Positions 1 to 11,170 are shown, counted from the first letter of the stretch. The stretch: 64,000 nt of DNA from an uncultured virus (IMG/VR IMGVR_UViG_3300035510_000375) (IMGVR_UViG_3300035510_000375), one strand, 5' to 3'. A program made the numbers and translations. Notes: a model not told the origin generated them from the letters alone.

Positions 1-2280
1 AACGAAGAAGTTCTAGCGGAATGGAAAGAGCAATGGGAGTCTGTAGTATCAGATTTAAATAGTTTAGTAGAAGATTCTATTCAAAATATTATTGATAAAT
101 ATACAAATGCCATTAATGAGACTTTTGATGCTATTGCAGATAAATTGACTAATGGTATGGGATTAGATTTTACAGAAACTCAATGGGATTTAATTAATGA
201 TAATGCAGATTCTTATTTAGATACAGTTAATGCAATATATAAAACACAAGAAGTTAAGAGTAAATTTATAGATGCTATAAATAATACGGATAGTGTTTCT
301 GCACAAAAGAAACTTAAAGCGGTAATGAATGAACAGCTTGATATCTTAGAGAGTCAAGAAGAATTAACTCAGTATGATATTGATAGAGCAAATGCAATGT
401 ATGAAATTGCGGTTAAGCAAATTGCTTTAGAAGAAGCTCAACAAAATAAATCTTCTATGAGGCTGAGACGTGATTCCCAAGGTAATTATACTTATCAGTA
501 TGTAGCTGATGAAGATAGTATTTCTAAGGCTCAAGAAGAGTTGGCGGAAGCTCAAAATAATTTATTTAATTTAGATAAAGATCAAGTTCAAGAAACTTTA
601 GATGACGCATTAAGTGCTTATAAAGAATGGCAAGATGCTATCACAAGTTATACAGAGCAAGCTTATGAGGATGGTACTTATAATACTCAGGCATATTGGG
701 ATAAATTAGATGAAATTAATGCTCAATATACAGAAAAATTTAATCGCTATTGGGAAAATTACCAAGAAGCTAAGACTAATCTTGAAGATTCTACTATTCA
801 GTCATTGAAGAGTAGTTATGATACAGATAATGAGAATTTTGTATCAATGATTTTAAAGAATGAAACTTTATTCACATCATTTATTGGTACTAGCACAGAA
901 GAATATCAAAACATGACTGATGAAGAAAAGAAGCAAGCTGCTTCGTTAGCATTAAAGAATGAGGAAGTATGGAATAATATATCAGATATAACAAAAACAG
1001 CTATTACTGAAGAGATTGTTCCACAAGTAACGTCTGGTGTTGCGACTATGCTAGAAAGTATTGCGGGAGAGGGCGGTTTTGAGCAAATTGCAACTGAGGC
1101 TACTAACAATGTAAAAGATGCAACAGAAGATTATGAAACTAGCTTAAATAATGTAGCTGCTTCTGCTGATGTTGATTTTACCGCAATAGGTAATGGTATT
1201 GATTCTACTGTTGATAGTACAGAAGCTTTGTTAGAAGATAATCAAGAATTATTAGATAGTTATGATGATGAAATAACAAAGATAAAAGAAGTTATTACAA
1301 ATATGACTACTCTGATTGCTAAGTATAATAGTGCGGCGGCAGCTGCTCAAAGGGCTACAACTGCTGCCTATGATTACATAACCGCGACTAATGAAAAAGC
1401 AGCAACAGCCGCAAGAAATTCTAGCTCTAGTTCTAGCGGTTCCTCATCTAGCTCTAGTTCTAGCGGTTCCTCATCTAGCTCAAAAATCACATCTACATTA
1501 AAAGATGTTGCTAGTGCTGCAACAGAAACAGTTAAAGCTTTGGCAACAAACAGTGGAGATAAGACATCTGATACTACAACTAAAGATAAAATGTATGTTA
1601 TTGTTTCTCCGGATCAATTAACTTATCGTTATTATACTGGAAATAAATTGTATAGCACACGAACTAATAGAAGTGCTAAAGATGCTCTTTCAGAATATAA
1701 TAGATTTAAAACTACTAATAAAGATAAATATGATTTTACTTTAGTAGGAGCCAGTTATGGCCCTGGACTCACTTCAGCAAAAATTACTAATAAATCAAAA
1801 GGACAAGTAAATAGCGGAGTAACATTATGGGGCGCTTATCAGGGTACAACTTTAAGATATACGGCTGGTTCAGAAGATGACCTTCGTCTATGGGCGGCCA
1901 AGTATGGTTATTATCCTGCTTTTGATACAGGCGGATATACTGGTTCTTGGGGTGACGATGGTAAACTAGCTGTTCTTCATCAAAAGGAATTGGTTTTAAA
2001 TGCCTCTGATACTGAAAATATGCTTGCGGCAGTTGGTATTGTGCGCGATATGTCTAGCTTATTAAGTAACATTAATTCTAATATTCAAGATAAATTGCTT
2101 GCGTTGGCGGCTGGATTAAGTTCGTCTACAGGCTCGGTTTCCGCAACATCTGATACTCTTGAACAAAATGTTCATATTGAAGCTTCATTCCCTAATGTAA
2201 GTAGTTCAAAAGAAATTGAGAACGCTTTTAATAACCTTACTAATATTGCTTCACAAAGAGCATTTAATAATAAAAGATAA
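1..2280 (+). CDS. Tail tape measure protein, C-terminal part (reading frame open from position 1, 5' truncated)
   Basis: Long helical/coiled-coil A/E/T/Q-rich sequence; C-terminal FDTGGYTGSWG..GKLAVLHQKELVLN motif typical of tape-measure C-termini; precedes tail genes. Confidence 0.85.
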   Translation, partial: NEEVLAEWKEQWESVVSDLNSLVEDSIQNIIDKYTNAINETFDAIADKLTNGMGLDFTETQWDLINDNADSYLDTVNAIYKTQEVKSKFIDAINNTDSVSAQKKLKAVMNEQLDILESQEELTQYDIDRANAMYEIAVKQIALEEAQQNKSSMRLRRDSQGNYTYQYVADEDSISKAQEELAEAQNNLFNLDKDQVQETLDDALSAYKEWQDAITSYTEQAYEDGTYNTQAYWDKLDEINAQYTEKFNRYWENYQEAKTNLEDSTIQSLKSSYDTDNENFVSMILKNETLFTSFIGTSTEEYQNMTDEEKKQAASLALKNEEVWNNISDITKTAITEEIVPQVTSGVATMLESIAGEGGFEQIATEATNNVKDATEDYETSLNNVAASADVDFTAIGNGIDSTVDSTEALLEDNQELLDSYDDEITKIKEVITNMTTLIAKYNSAAAAAQRATTAAYDYITATNEKAATAARNSSSSSSGSSSSSSSSGSSSSSKITSTLKDVASAATETVKALATNSGDKTSDTTTKDKMYVIVSPDQLTYRYYTGNKLYSTRTNRSAKDALSEYNRFKTTNKDKYDFTLVGASYGPGLTSAKITNKSKGQVNSGVTLWGAYQGTTLRYTAGSEDDLRLWAAKYGYYPAFDTGGYTGSWGDDGKLAVLHQKELVLNASDTENMLAAVGIVRDMSSLLSNINSNIQDKLLALAAGLSSSTGSVSATSDTLEQNVHIEASFPNVSSSKEIENAFNNLTNIASQRAFNNKR
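1420..1481 (+). repeat. 27-bp tandem repeat (2 copies plus partial) encoding a Ser-rich linker
   Basis: TCTAGCTCTAGTTCTAGCGGTTCCTCA at 1420-1446 and 1447-1473, partial to 1481. Confidence 0.9.
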
Positions 2281-2283
2281 AAT

Positions 2284-2317
2284 AAGGGGAGGATAAATTC
2301 CTCCCCTTGACTTTTTT
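2284..2317 (+). terminator. Intrinsic terminator after tape measure gene
   Basis: AAGGGGAGGA/TCCTCCCCTT stem followed by T-run. Confidence 0.75.
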
Positions 2318-2335
2318 AAAATTTTGTGATAAAAT
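2307..2335 (+). promoter_or_regulatory. SigmaA-like promoter overlapping the terminator
   Basis: TTGACT-17bp-TAAAAT with upstream TG. Confidence 0.6.
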
Positions 2336-2356
2336 AAGAGAGAAAAGGAGATAATT

Positions 2357-4801
2357 ATGAACAACATAGAAAATAATATTTGCGATGCTATTGAAGTTAT
2401 TGTAAATAAAGCTGTTGAGGATGCGGGTTATGATAGAACAGTAAAAGCGATTGTAATAAGCTACGAAGATGAAAAAACTGGTAGATATAGAGTTAAATAT
2501 CAAGATGGTATTTTTGATGCTTATTATTCAGCTAAAGATGAGGTATTAGAAAACGGAACCAACGTATACGTTTTAATACCAGAAAATAATATGAATACTA
2601 TTAAAACTATATTGGGGCCGGTAGCGAGCTTAGGGGCGGCCGCCGCAATAGATGTTAGTTCAGATATAATAGAAAAAATAGGTAGAAGTGTAATTAGCGA
2701 TGTCAATGACAACTGGTCTTGTGGGCTTAGCTCTTGGCATAAAGATACTTTTACTAAGACTTTATATGATGTTAATGATACTAGTAATAATTTATTAAAT
2801 ATAAATTCAACAGATGTTAAATTATATATAAAATCTACAGACAAAATCTTAATTTCTTTTGATGTGCAAACTAATTTAGAAGAAGAGCAGCAATATCAAG
2901 GCGACTATGGGTTAATATTTACATTGGATTTTAAGAATGATTTTACTAGTTATAGTCAGCAATATGTAATAGATACTTCTCGAATGAGTGGAACTCCTTA
3001 CAATTTTATTAATCCTACTACTCAAGAGTTTACTTTTGAATTAAATAATACAGATTTCCAACAAATATCTTCTATCCAAGCTTATGTAAAAGATTTTCCT
3101 AATAGTAAAGAAGACTGTGCTAATAGCGAAAGTGATAATTGTCCAGTGGATATTTTGATTAGTAATATTAAATTATATGGAATTAATACTTATGATAAAA
3201 GTGAACCTTGCTTAATATTTTCTACTCCTGATGGAACATACCTAAACAAGAATGATAATTTAACAACTGTACAGCTTCAAGCAAAAGTTTACTATGATGG
3301 AAAAGATATAACTGATGATTGCGATTTTTATTGGTTTTTTGAACAACCTGATGTTATGGTTGGAAACGAGCGTTATAGTTCATATGGTGGGAATGGATGG
3401 TGGGATATTAATGATTGGATAGGAAAATATAGAGGAAGTAATTACATTCATTTTTCAACCTGGAGTTTAACTAGTAAAAATATATTAAATATTACTAGCC
3501 AACAGTTAATAACTAAAATTAATAGAATTAAATGTGCAGCTATTTATAATAATCAAAATATTAATAATATTATAAATATAATTAATTATGATTCATTTTA
3601 TGATTTTTACATTTATTCAGAACAAGGTTCGCAATTTTCTTTTAATAAGGGAAATACATTATTAGGTTTAAATAGTAATTGGTATAATTCACCAAAAGGT
3701 ACGTATACTGATCCACAGGTATGGTCTAGGTTAGATGATACTGGTAACTATACATTATTAGAGCGTAACGAAGTAGCTACTTCTGCTTTAGAAGTACCAA
3801 ATATTGATTTTAATAAGTATTGTACTTATAGTTGCGTAGTATATGGGGCAATAGGAGGAGAGAGCTGGTATACTCGAGAACAATACTTTGGCACAGCTTC
3901 TATTACCCTTACCAACACTTCAGAGGTAGAAGGACAAACTACAGAAGTTACTTCATCCGGCATTAAAGTATATAAGCACGATCCTGATGCAGATTTTTCA
4001 GTTACTATAGAAGCCGGAGATGATACAGAAGATAATTTTACTGGGGTAGTTTTAGGCAAAGTTACAGAGCAAAATACTCAAACAGAAAAAATTGGTCTAG
4101 TAGGATATCACAATGGACAACGTAGTATACTTTTGGATGCGGAAACTGGTAAGGCGGAGTTTGGAGTAAATAAAGAAATTGTTTTGGATCCCGCAAAGAA
4201 CAAAGCTACTATTGCGGGTTGGAACATTTCTGAAGATGCTTTAACTTCAACAAGCTCAGATAATGGAGGTTTTATTAAATTATCTAATGAGGGTTCTATT
4301 TCTGGTAATTATATAGAATCAGAAAAGGGATGGACTATTAAGAGTGATGGTTCTGCTATTTTCAATAATATAACTATAAAAGGCGGGACTATTGCAAAAA
4401 CAATTACTATTCCTGTTGCAAATACCGCAAACACTGCTAAAGCAATAGGCGGATGGAAGTTAAGCGATGATGAAACTCAAGTATCTGCTAAAGATATTAT
4501 CTTAGATTCAGAACAAGGAGTAATTAGAGATACCAATTCTTCTTGGGTATTATCCAGTAATTCTGCTAATTTTAATAATCCTACTATTGCTGGCGGTAGT
4601 ATCACTTCTAGTACAATTACAGGTGGCACAATATCGGAAATTACCGCGCCAGAGAATGCTGAAACACTAAATATTAATAATACAGCTGGTAATATTAAAT
4701 TAAATGCGAATGAAATTTATATCGGTGATTTAACATTATCAGATTATATAAATAATAAAATTAAAGAATATTTGGATAATAATTCAAATACAAATGTATA
4801 A
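2357..4801 (+). CDS. Tail/baseplate structural protein (814 aa)
   Basis: RBS AAGGAG; beta-rich; IAGWNI/IGGWKL repeats typical of tail spike/fibre C-termini; follows tape measure. Confidence 0.6.
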   Translation: MNNIENNICDAIEVIVNKAVEDAGYDRTVKAIVISYEDEKTGRYRVKYQDGIFDAYYSAKDEVLENGTNVYVLIPENNMNTIKTILGPVASLGAAAAIDVSSDIIEKIGRSVISDVNDNWSCGLSSWHKDTFTKTLYDVNDTSNNLLNINSTDVKLYIKSTDKILISFDVQTNLEEEQQYQGDYGLIFTLDFKNDFTSYSQQYVIDTSRMSGTPYNFINPTTQEFTFELNNTDFQQISSIQAYVKDFPNSKEDCANSESDNCPVDILISNIKLYGINTYDKSEPCLIFSTPDGTYLNKNDNLTTVQLQAKVYYDGKDITDDCDFYWFFEQPDVMVGNERYSSYGGNGWWDINDWIGKYRGSNYIHFSTWSLTSKNILNITSQQLITKINRIKCAAIYNNQNINNIINIINYDSFYDFYIYSEQGSQFSFNKGNTLLGLNSNWYNSPKGTYTDPQVWSRLDDTGNYTLLERNEVATSALEVPNIDFNKYCTYSCVVYGAIGGESWYTREQYFGTASITLTNTSEVEGQTTEVTSSGIKVYKHDPDADFSVTIEAGDDTEDNFTGVVLGKVTEQNTQTEKIGLVGYHNGQRSILLDAETGKAEFGVNKEIVLDPAKNKATIAGWNISEDALTSTSSDNGGFIKLSNEGSISGNYIESEKGWTIKSDGSAIFNNITIKGGTIAKTITIPVANTANTAKAIGGWKLSDDETQVSAKDIILDSEQGVIRDTNSSWVLSSNSANFNNPTIAGGSITSSTITGGTISEITAPENAETLNINNTAGNIKLNANEIYIGDLTLSDYINNKIKEYLDNNSNTNV

Positions 4802-4816
4802 AGGAGATAAAATAAT

Positions 4817-5032
4817 ATGGTAAAAGATTATCAATTTTTTAAAGAAAGTTTAAATGGTTTAATTCAGAATAGTGGATTAGATGTGGGAGTACTATATTAC
4901 ATTCTTAAAGATACCTTAACAGATATTGAAAGAATTTATTATGCTCAAATTAATGCGGAAATTGCTCAGGCGCAGAAAGACGTAGAGAAAAAAGCACAGA
5001 GCGAGACCGCCGCAAATAAAGAAGAAGAATAA
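4817..5032 (+). CDS. Hypothetical protein (71 aa)
   Basis: RBS AAGGAG, helical small ORF. Confidence 0.6.
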   Translation: MVKDYQFFKESLNGLIQNSGLDVGVLYYILKDTLTDIERIYYAQINAEIAQAQKDVEKKAQSETAANKEEE

Positions 5033-5039
5033 TTTTCTT

Positions 5040-5086
5040 GGGCAGAAAACCTCCATTAATAAATTCAAAAATTCATAATAATTAGT
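5040..5086 (+). promoter_or_regulatory. Putative phage late promoter GGGCA-N27-TTCATAATAATTAG
   Basis: Same spacing motif recurs at 19737(+), 40035(-), 46628(-), 56739(-). Confidence 0.5.
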
Positions 5087-5124
5087 AAGTTATAGAAAAA
5101 GAATTTTTGTTTATTAATGGAGGT
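5049..5124 (+). promoter_or_regulatory. RBS-sequestering RNA hairpin over the holin-like gene
   Basis: 5049-5063 ACCTCCATTAATAAA pairs perfectly with 5110-5124 TTTATTAATGGAGGT (contains GGAGG); 5066-5074 pairs with 5101-5109. Confidence 0.7.
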
Positions 5125-5132
5125 AATTTTTT

Positions 5133-5603
5133 ATGGAAGATTTACTAAACAATTATTCTCTTTCAGAGATTTTAACTTTTTTAGTTATATTTTGTTTAGC
5201 AATTAAGGGATTTTTTACATTTTGGGATTGGGCAGTAGAACGTCTTAGAAAGACTTTTAATAAAGAAACACAACAAGAAACAAAATTAGCAGTTATGCAA
5301 GAACAAATCAATCAATGTAATAATAATTTTCAAAAGGTTGAAAAAGAGCAAGCTGCTGTTGAAGATAAATTGTCTGATATGCTACAAAAGATTAATTTGC
5401 TAATTGAATCTGATAGAGATGATATCAAATCTTATATAACAAAAGAACATCATTCCTTTTGCTATGATAAGGGATGGATTGATGACTACAGTTTAAATTG
5501 CATTGAAAGACGTTATAATCATTACGTAGATGAAGGCGGGAACTCTTTTATTAAAGATTTAATGGAAGAGATACGTGCGCTTCCTAAGCAACCGCCGCAA
5601 TAA
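5133..5603 (+). CDS. Holin-like membrane protein (N-terminal TM, coiled coil, C-terminal Y..EGGN motif)
   Basis: Hydrophobic ILTFLVIFCLAIKGFFTFW segment; YNHYVDEGGNSFI motif common in Firmicute phage holin-like proteins. Confidence 0.55.
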   Translation: MEDLLNNYSLSEILTFLVIFCLAIKGFFTFWDWAVERLRKTFNKETQQETKLAVMQEQINQCNNNFQKVEKEQAAVEDKLSDMLQKINLLIESDRDDIKSYITKEHHSFCYDKGWIDDYSLNCIERRYNHYVDEGGNSFIKDLMEEIRALPKQPPQ

Positions 5604-5628
5604 AAATAAGAGAGAAAAGGAGAATGAT

Positions 5629-8448
5629 ATGTCAATAACAAATAATTTATACCCACCTATTGTGGGTACGTACCAACCTGCATTTGTGAGAAATGAAACT
5701 TGCAAAGTATATTTCTCCTTATCTAATTATAATAGTTATGAAGATATAAAAAATGCACAAGTTATTGTCAATTATCAAAAGAGTAATACATCAGCTTTTA
5801 GAACTTCGCCTGATACAAAAGATACAAGCAAGCCTTATTATTCTACTAATATTAAAGTTACTAATATTTTAATAGATAATACAGTAGTCAATGATGAAAA
5901 ATATTATATTGAAATAAATCCTGAAGATTTAAAACAAGGTGAATTTGAAGTTAATCAATATTATAAAGTTCAGGTTCGTTTTACTGGTGCGGGAGCCCAA
6001 GAAACTCCTGCAAGTCAAGCTGGTATGGCTTCTTGGTTAAATGCAAATTCAACATATTTTTCAGAGTGGTCAACAGTATGTTTAATTAAAGGCATTTCTA
6101 AACCGACTTTAGAGTTAAAAGGTTTTGAAGATGATCCTACCACATTAGAGACTACTATTTTTACTACTGAAATATTAGATTTAATTGGTACTTTATCTTT
6201 CGAAGATGAAGATGAAAGTGAATATTTAAAATATTATACAGTAAAAATTTATTCAACTTTAAATAATGAATTAGTATTTAATAGTGATAAAATTTTTACT
6301 GAAATATATAATCCAAATGAAATTAATTATACCTTACCTTATTTATTAGAAGATGGCACCGAATATAGATTAGAATTAACTTATTATACATACAACGAAT
6401 ATTCTAATTCAATTGAATATACTTTTTCAGTTATTCCAAATTTGCTTGACGCCTTAGAACTATCTATTGAAGCAGAGGCGGATGTAGATAATGGCAGAGT
6501 AAAATTACACATTAAGAGTACTGATACTATACCTTTCTTTGGTAATGTGACTTTCAGAAGAACTTCTAGTAAGAGCAATTTTAAATTGTGGGATGATGTA
6601 AAACAACTAACTTTTACTGATAATACAATTGTTGATTATACATGGTATGATTATACTATAGAAAGTGGAGTGTGGTACAAGTATGGGATACAAAGAAGAA
6701 GTAGTAAAGGTGACCGAGGGGTCTTAACTATAATTGAAGATCCTATTGTAATAGAACTAGAGGATATGTTTTTAACAAGAGAAGACTTGCAGTTTAGAGT
6801 TAAATACGATCCTAGCATTTCTTCTTTCAAAACTAATTATATAGAATCTAAAACTGATACGATAGGTTCACAATTTCCTTTTATTCGTAGAAATGGAAAT
6901 GTTAAATATAAATCATTTTCAATATCTGGTTTAATTACTAGCTTTTGTGATGATGAACATATCTTTTTAAGTCCTGAGTCAATTTACGGACAAGATATGT
7001 ATGATAATTATTATAAAAAATATAATGAAGATGTAGCGGCCGCCGCAGATTCTCCATTTGATGAAAAAAGATATATTACTGAATATAATGATTATATCTA
7101 TGAACGAATGTTTAGAGAAAAGATAATGGATTTCCTATATGGAGATGATTTAAAATTATTTAGGTCTAATACAGAGGGTAATATTATAGTAAGATTAATG
7201 GATATTAATTTTTCTCCGCAAGAAACATTGGGAAGAATGTTATATTCATTTAGCGCAACTGCATATGAGATGGATAATTGTACTGTTGCAAATTATGACA
7301 CGTATGGTATTCAGACTATTGGTGATTATTGCACTGAATTACATTATGATTATAATAAAATAGGTCAAGTTATTGATACTTTTACAAAAAATGATGATGT
7401 TATAGATATTATAAGAAATAAATATTCTAATCTTACTTTAGAAAAATATATAACAAATTTGTCTTATCTTAGTTGGGTAAGATTGCAATTTAATTCAGCA
7501 CCTTATTTAATAAAAACGGTTAATGGAGTTCCGCAACCTTGGAGCAAAACTGGAGATTCAGATACTGCGGTAGGATACATTGTTAATATTAATAATACTC
7601 CAATTATTGTTAGTGCGCGAGGATTTTATGAATTAATTGATGATGACACAAATGTTACTTCAATTACATTTCCAACAGATACTGATGTAACTATTGATTA
7701 TATTGCAGAATTAGAACAAACTGAAAATACTAGTTTGTTATATAGTAAAATATATTATAATGTAAAAGCAGGCCAACTTCATAAAATGTTTAAATTAGAC
7801 GAAAATGGCTTTACTGATATATATACAAAATATTTATTTAAATATCAAGCTTATTATCAAACATTAGCATCTCTTAATGAAGTCACTATTGAAGCAGACC
7901 CTGGTACAGTAATTTATGTTAAAGATTCTTATGATGATGAATACTTTAAACATGAAATAGGAGCGACGGGGGTATTAAGATTCTATGATGAAGATAGTAT
8001 TCTAACAGGTTTTTATTTTCATGGAGTTCATTTACATTTAAATTCTGCTGTTGAAGCTATCTTACAAATTATTTCCGCCCAAGAAGATGGCAAACCTATT
8101 GAGAAGATGGTTGTGCTGAAAGATGGAGTTATTACTATTGATGATGATGGAAATATTATTACAGTAAATCCGGAATATTTTACAATAGAAGATAATAAAT
8201 TAATAGTTAAAAATGACAATGAATATGTTAGAGATACTGAATATTTTGAAGTTAGGGGAGATTGGACTTCTTTTGATGAAATTGTTAGTCCTGCTAAAAA
8301 TAGTGTTTATACTATTAACGGTCAACGATATATTTATTACCATCAAACATGGTATGAATTTTCAGATGATGATATAGTTCAATGTCCAGTATTTGCTATT
8401 GTAGATTACATTGTTGAAACTATGAAAGGAGAGTATTATTCAGAATGA
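5629..8448 (+). CDS. Tail/baseplate protein (about 939 aa)
   Basis: RBS AAGGAG before ATG 5629; beta-rich, structural module context. Confidence 0.55.
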   Translation: MSITNNLYPPIVGTYQPAFVRNETCKVYFSLSNYNSYEDIKNAQVIVNYQKSNTSAFRTSPDTKDTSKPYYSTNIKVTNILIDNTVVNDEKYYIEINPEDLKQGEFEVNQYYKVQVRFTGAGAQETPASQAGMASWLNANSTYFSEWSTVCLIKGISKPTLELKGFEDDPTTLETTIFTTEILDLIGTLSFEDEDESEYLKYYTVKIYSTLNNELVFNSDKIFTEIYNPNEINYTLPYLLEDGTEYRLELTYYTYNEYSNSIEYTFSVIPNLLDALELSIEAEADVDNGRVKLHIKSTDTIPFFGNVTFRRTSSKSNFKLWDDVKQLTFTDNTIVDYTWYDYTIESGVWYKYGIQRRSSKGDRGVLTIIEDPIVIELEDMFLTREDLQFRVKYDPSISSFKTNYIESKTDTIGSQFPFIRRNGNVKYKSFSISGLITSFCDDEHIFLSPESIYGQDMYDNYYKKYNEDVAAAADSPFDEKRYITEYNDYIYERMFREKIMDFLYGDDLKLFRSNTEGNIIVRLMDINFSPQETLGRMLYSFSATAYEMDNCTVANYDTYGIQTIGDYCTELHYDYNKIGQVIDTFTKNDDVIDIIRNKYSNLTLEKYITNLSYLSWVRLQFNSAPYLIKTVNGVPQPWSKTGDSDTAVGYIVNINNTPIIVSARGFYELIDDDTNVTSITFPTDTDVTIDYIAELEQTENTSLLYSKIYYNVKAGQLHKMFKLDENGFTDIYTKYLFKYQAYYQTLASLNEVTIEADPGTVIYVKDSYDDEYFKHEIGATGVLRFYDEDSILTGFYFHGVHLHLNSAVEAILQIISAQEDGKPIEKMVVLKDGVITIDDDGNIITVNPEYFTIEDNKLIVKNDNEYVRDTEYFEVRGDWTSFDEIVSPAKNSVYTINGQRYIYYHQTWYEFSDDDIVQCPVFAIVDYIVETMKGEYYSE

Positions 8449-10472
8449 GATATAATTATCCATATTTACAAGACTCTGCTTTCTTAAAAATGTTTGATAA
8501 AATAAGAAATAAAGAACAATATGTTAATATCACAGTTTTAACTTTTGATGAAAAGCCAATAAAGTCAATACAAGGACAAGTTACTTCTGGCACTCTAAAT
8601 TTAGATGCTAGTTCTACTATCCGAAGAACGTGTACCTTGTCCTTAGTAGCGACTGAGGCAGAAAATGATTTAACTAATGTTAATAATATATTTTCTATAA
8701 ATAAAAAAGTTGAAGTTGAAATTGGCTTTATTAATAATACAAAATATTATACAGAATTTGAAAAGATTTGGTTCCCACTTGGTGTATTTGTAATTACTTC
8801 ACCTAGTTTATCTCATGCTACCGATGGAGTTAATATTTCATTGCAGCTAAAAGATAAAATGTGCTTATTGAATGGAGAGTGCGGGGGCACCCTTCCCGCC
8901 TCTATTACTTTCCATGAATATGATACTATTGATGAAAATGGTGAATATATTACAGTTAAAACTACTATTTATCAGATTATTCAAGAGTTAGTTAATCATT
9001 ATGGCGGAGAGCAGCTAGGTAAAATTATTATTAGTGATGTTGATACTAGAGTAAAACAAACAATGAGATGGATTGGTAGTAATCCTTTATATATTACTAC
9101 AACATATCATAATGGTTCTACACAATATAGTGCTTCTACTACGAAACCTATTAATTCAACTTATAATAAATATGAATATGGTGATGATATAGGATATATC
9201 TATACTGATTTTGTTTATCCTGGCGAATTAATAGGAGATGCGGGAAATACAGTATGTACTATTCTTGATACAATTAAAAATACTTTAGGTAATTATGAAT
9301 ATTTTTATGATATAAATGGGAATTTTGTTTTTCAAGAAATTAAAAATTATTTAAATACAAGTCAAACAACAATTGAATTACAAAATATGAGTAGCGGTGA
9401 TTACTTAATGGATTATAGTAAAGGCAAATCTGTATATCAATTTGATGATTGTACTATGTTTACCTCTTGTACTAACTCACCTCAATTTAATATGATTAAA
9501 AATGATTTTGTTGTTTGGGGGGTAAGAGAAGATGTTGAAGGATACACTTATCCTATTAGATATCATTTGGCTATCGATAGCAAGCCTGCTATTGGAAATA
9601 CGTATCAAGTATTTTTCTATACGGATCCAGATGATGGATTAACCAAAGCTAAATGTTCAATGGTCTATGAAAAATATCAAAACTTTCCTGCGGTAGGCAC
9701 GGAGGGTGTATTTTATAAAGCAAAAGATAGAAATAATATAATATATAAATGGGATACTGCAAATTTACAATATGTAGTAATTTGTGATGAAAATACTCAT
9801 TTACCTATAACAGAAAAAGATATTACGACTGATGATTGGCGGACCGAGCTCTATTTACAAGGGGCTGCCGCAGAACCTTTAGGAAGTGATTCTAATTATT
9901 ACTATTCTGAACTTTGTAATGAATGGCCAAAACTTTATGATGTAGAAAATGGTAAATTTATAGATGAGTTAAATGGAACAGATATAGATTTTTATTTAGA
10001 CTTTATAGATTCATCTGCTGCAATTTCAGAACTTAGTGTTTCTAACATAGGTAGAAGAACAAAAGTGCTAAGTGATGATAGCATTAACTGTATATTTGAG
10101 CCAGATATACCAGATTTAGTAATTATTGAAAGTGGACAAAATGATACTACTGCTTTAGTAACTGAATGTCAAAATAAAGGTCAAGCTTATATGCAAGTTG
10201 ATTCTAAGATTTATGAAGCAATTGCTACAGGCGGAACTAAAAATTCAGCTTATAATACTGTTAGAGAATTATTATATCAATATACAAGTTATAATGAAAC
10301 AATTACAATTAGCTCCATTCCAATTTTCTATTTAGAGCCTAATACTAGAATTACAGTAAGAGACTCTCAATGCGGAATTTATGGAGATTATATGATAAAT
10401 AGTATTTCTATTCCTTTTGATACTTCTAGTACAATGACTTTATCATGTACAAGAGTATTAGAGCGAATTTAG
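8445..10472 (+). CDS. Tail/baseplate hub-like protein (675 aa)
   Basis: RRTC..., YFYDINGNFVFQ and C-terminal PIFYLEPNTRI motifs resembling Firmicute phage tail-hub proteins; ATGA overlap with upstream gene. Confidence 0.6.
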   Translation: MRYNYPYLQDSAFLKMFDKIRNKEQYVNITVLTFDEKPIKSIQGQVTSGTLNLDASSTIRRTCTLSLVATEAENDLTNVNNIFSINKKVEVEIGFINNTKYYTEFEKIWFPLGVFVITSPSLSHATDGVNISLQLKDKMCLLNGECGGTLPASITFHEYDTIDENGEYITVKTTIYQIIQELVNHYGGEQLGKIIISDVDTRVKQTMRWIGSNPLYITTTYHNGSTQYSASTTKPINSTYNKYEYGDDIGYIYTDFVYPGELIGDAGNTVCTILDTIKNTLGNYEYFYDINGNFVFQEIKNYLNTSQTTIELQNMSSGDYLMDYSKGKSVYQFDDCTMFTSCTNSPQFNMIKNDFVVWGVREDVEGYTYPIRYHLAIDSKPAIGNTYQVFFYTDPDDGLTKAKCSMVYEKYQNFPAVGTEGVFYKAKDRNNIIYKWDTANLQYVVICDENTHLPITEKDITTDDWRTELYLQGAAAEPLGSDSNYYYSELCNEWPKLYDVENGKFIDELNGTDIDFYLDFIDSSAAISELSVSNIGRRTKVLSDDSINCIFEPDIPDLVIIESGQNDTTALVTECQNKGQAYMQVDSKIYEAIATGGTKNSAYNTVRELLYQYTSYNETITISSIPIFYLEPNTRITVRDSQCGIYGDYMINSISIPFDTSSTMTLSCTRVLERI

Positions 10473-10490
10473 GAAAGGAGGAAAAAGGAT

Positions 10491-11156
10491 ATGAGCTATA
10501 ATATTGGTCAATTCCGTAGGAGTGACTTAGATGTTGGTGGATACGAAACGGCTATTGATTATAGTCTTTCTACTGTAAAAACAGTAATACCTTTAACAAG
10601 TATAACATTTACAGATAAAATTTTAAATTTTACAAAACCTATTAACTATTCTACAGTTTATTATTTAAGATTTACTGTTAGTTGTCTTACTTCAGGGGTG
10701 CAAGATTTTTCATTAATTTTGCAAAATAATTCGGATACTGATAATACTGAAACAATAGGTAACTATACAGCGCCAATAGGAACTGGTACAGTAACTTTTG
10801 AAATTATTTTTCAACCTAACAACTCCTATAATTCTATGTTATTTGAATTACAAAGAAGTGATTTAGATTTTAAATCTACTAATGGAAGAGCTATGACTAT
10901 TACTATTGATAAGTTTATAAAACTTACTAATGTGGTAAAAGATGCTATTGGAGTTAATAGTTTAAAAAAGATAGGTATTCAAGGTCCTCCTGGACTATTA
11001 TTTACTGTTAATGGTGAAGAAATTCAAATTGGCAGAAGTGGAATTTATGAATTATATAATAATAATATAGCTATTAATTATTTAGGTTTTGTATTAAAAA
11101 ATAGTTTAGTAACACAAAATGGAACTGACTATTTTATAGTAGATTATAAATATTAA
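10491..11156 (+). CDS. Structural protein (221 aa)
   Basis: RBS AGGAGG; C-terminal KIGIQGPPG..NGEEIQIGRSGIYEL domain similar to the 12000 ORF. Confidence 0.55.
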   Translation: MSYNIGQFRRSDLDVGGYETAIDYSLSTVKTVIPLTSITFTDKILNFTKPINYSTVYYLRFTVSCLTSGVQDFSLILQNNSDTDNTETIGNYTAPIGTGTVTFEIIFQPNNSYNSMLFELQRSDLDFKSTNGRAMTITIDKFIKLTNVVKDAIGVNSLKKIGIQGPPGLLFTVNGEEIQIGRSGIYELYNNNIAINYLGFVLKNSLVTQNGTDYFIVDYKY

Positions 11157-11170
11157 AGGAGGATTAAAAT

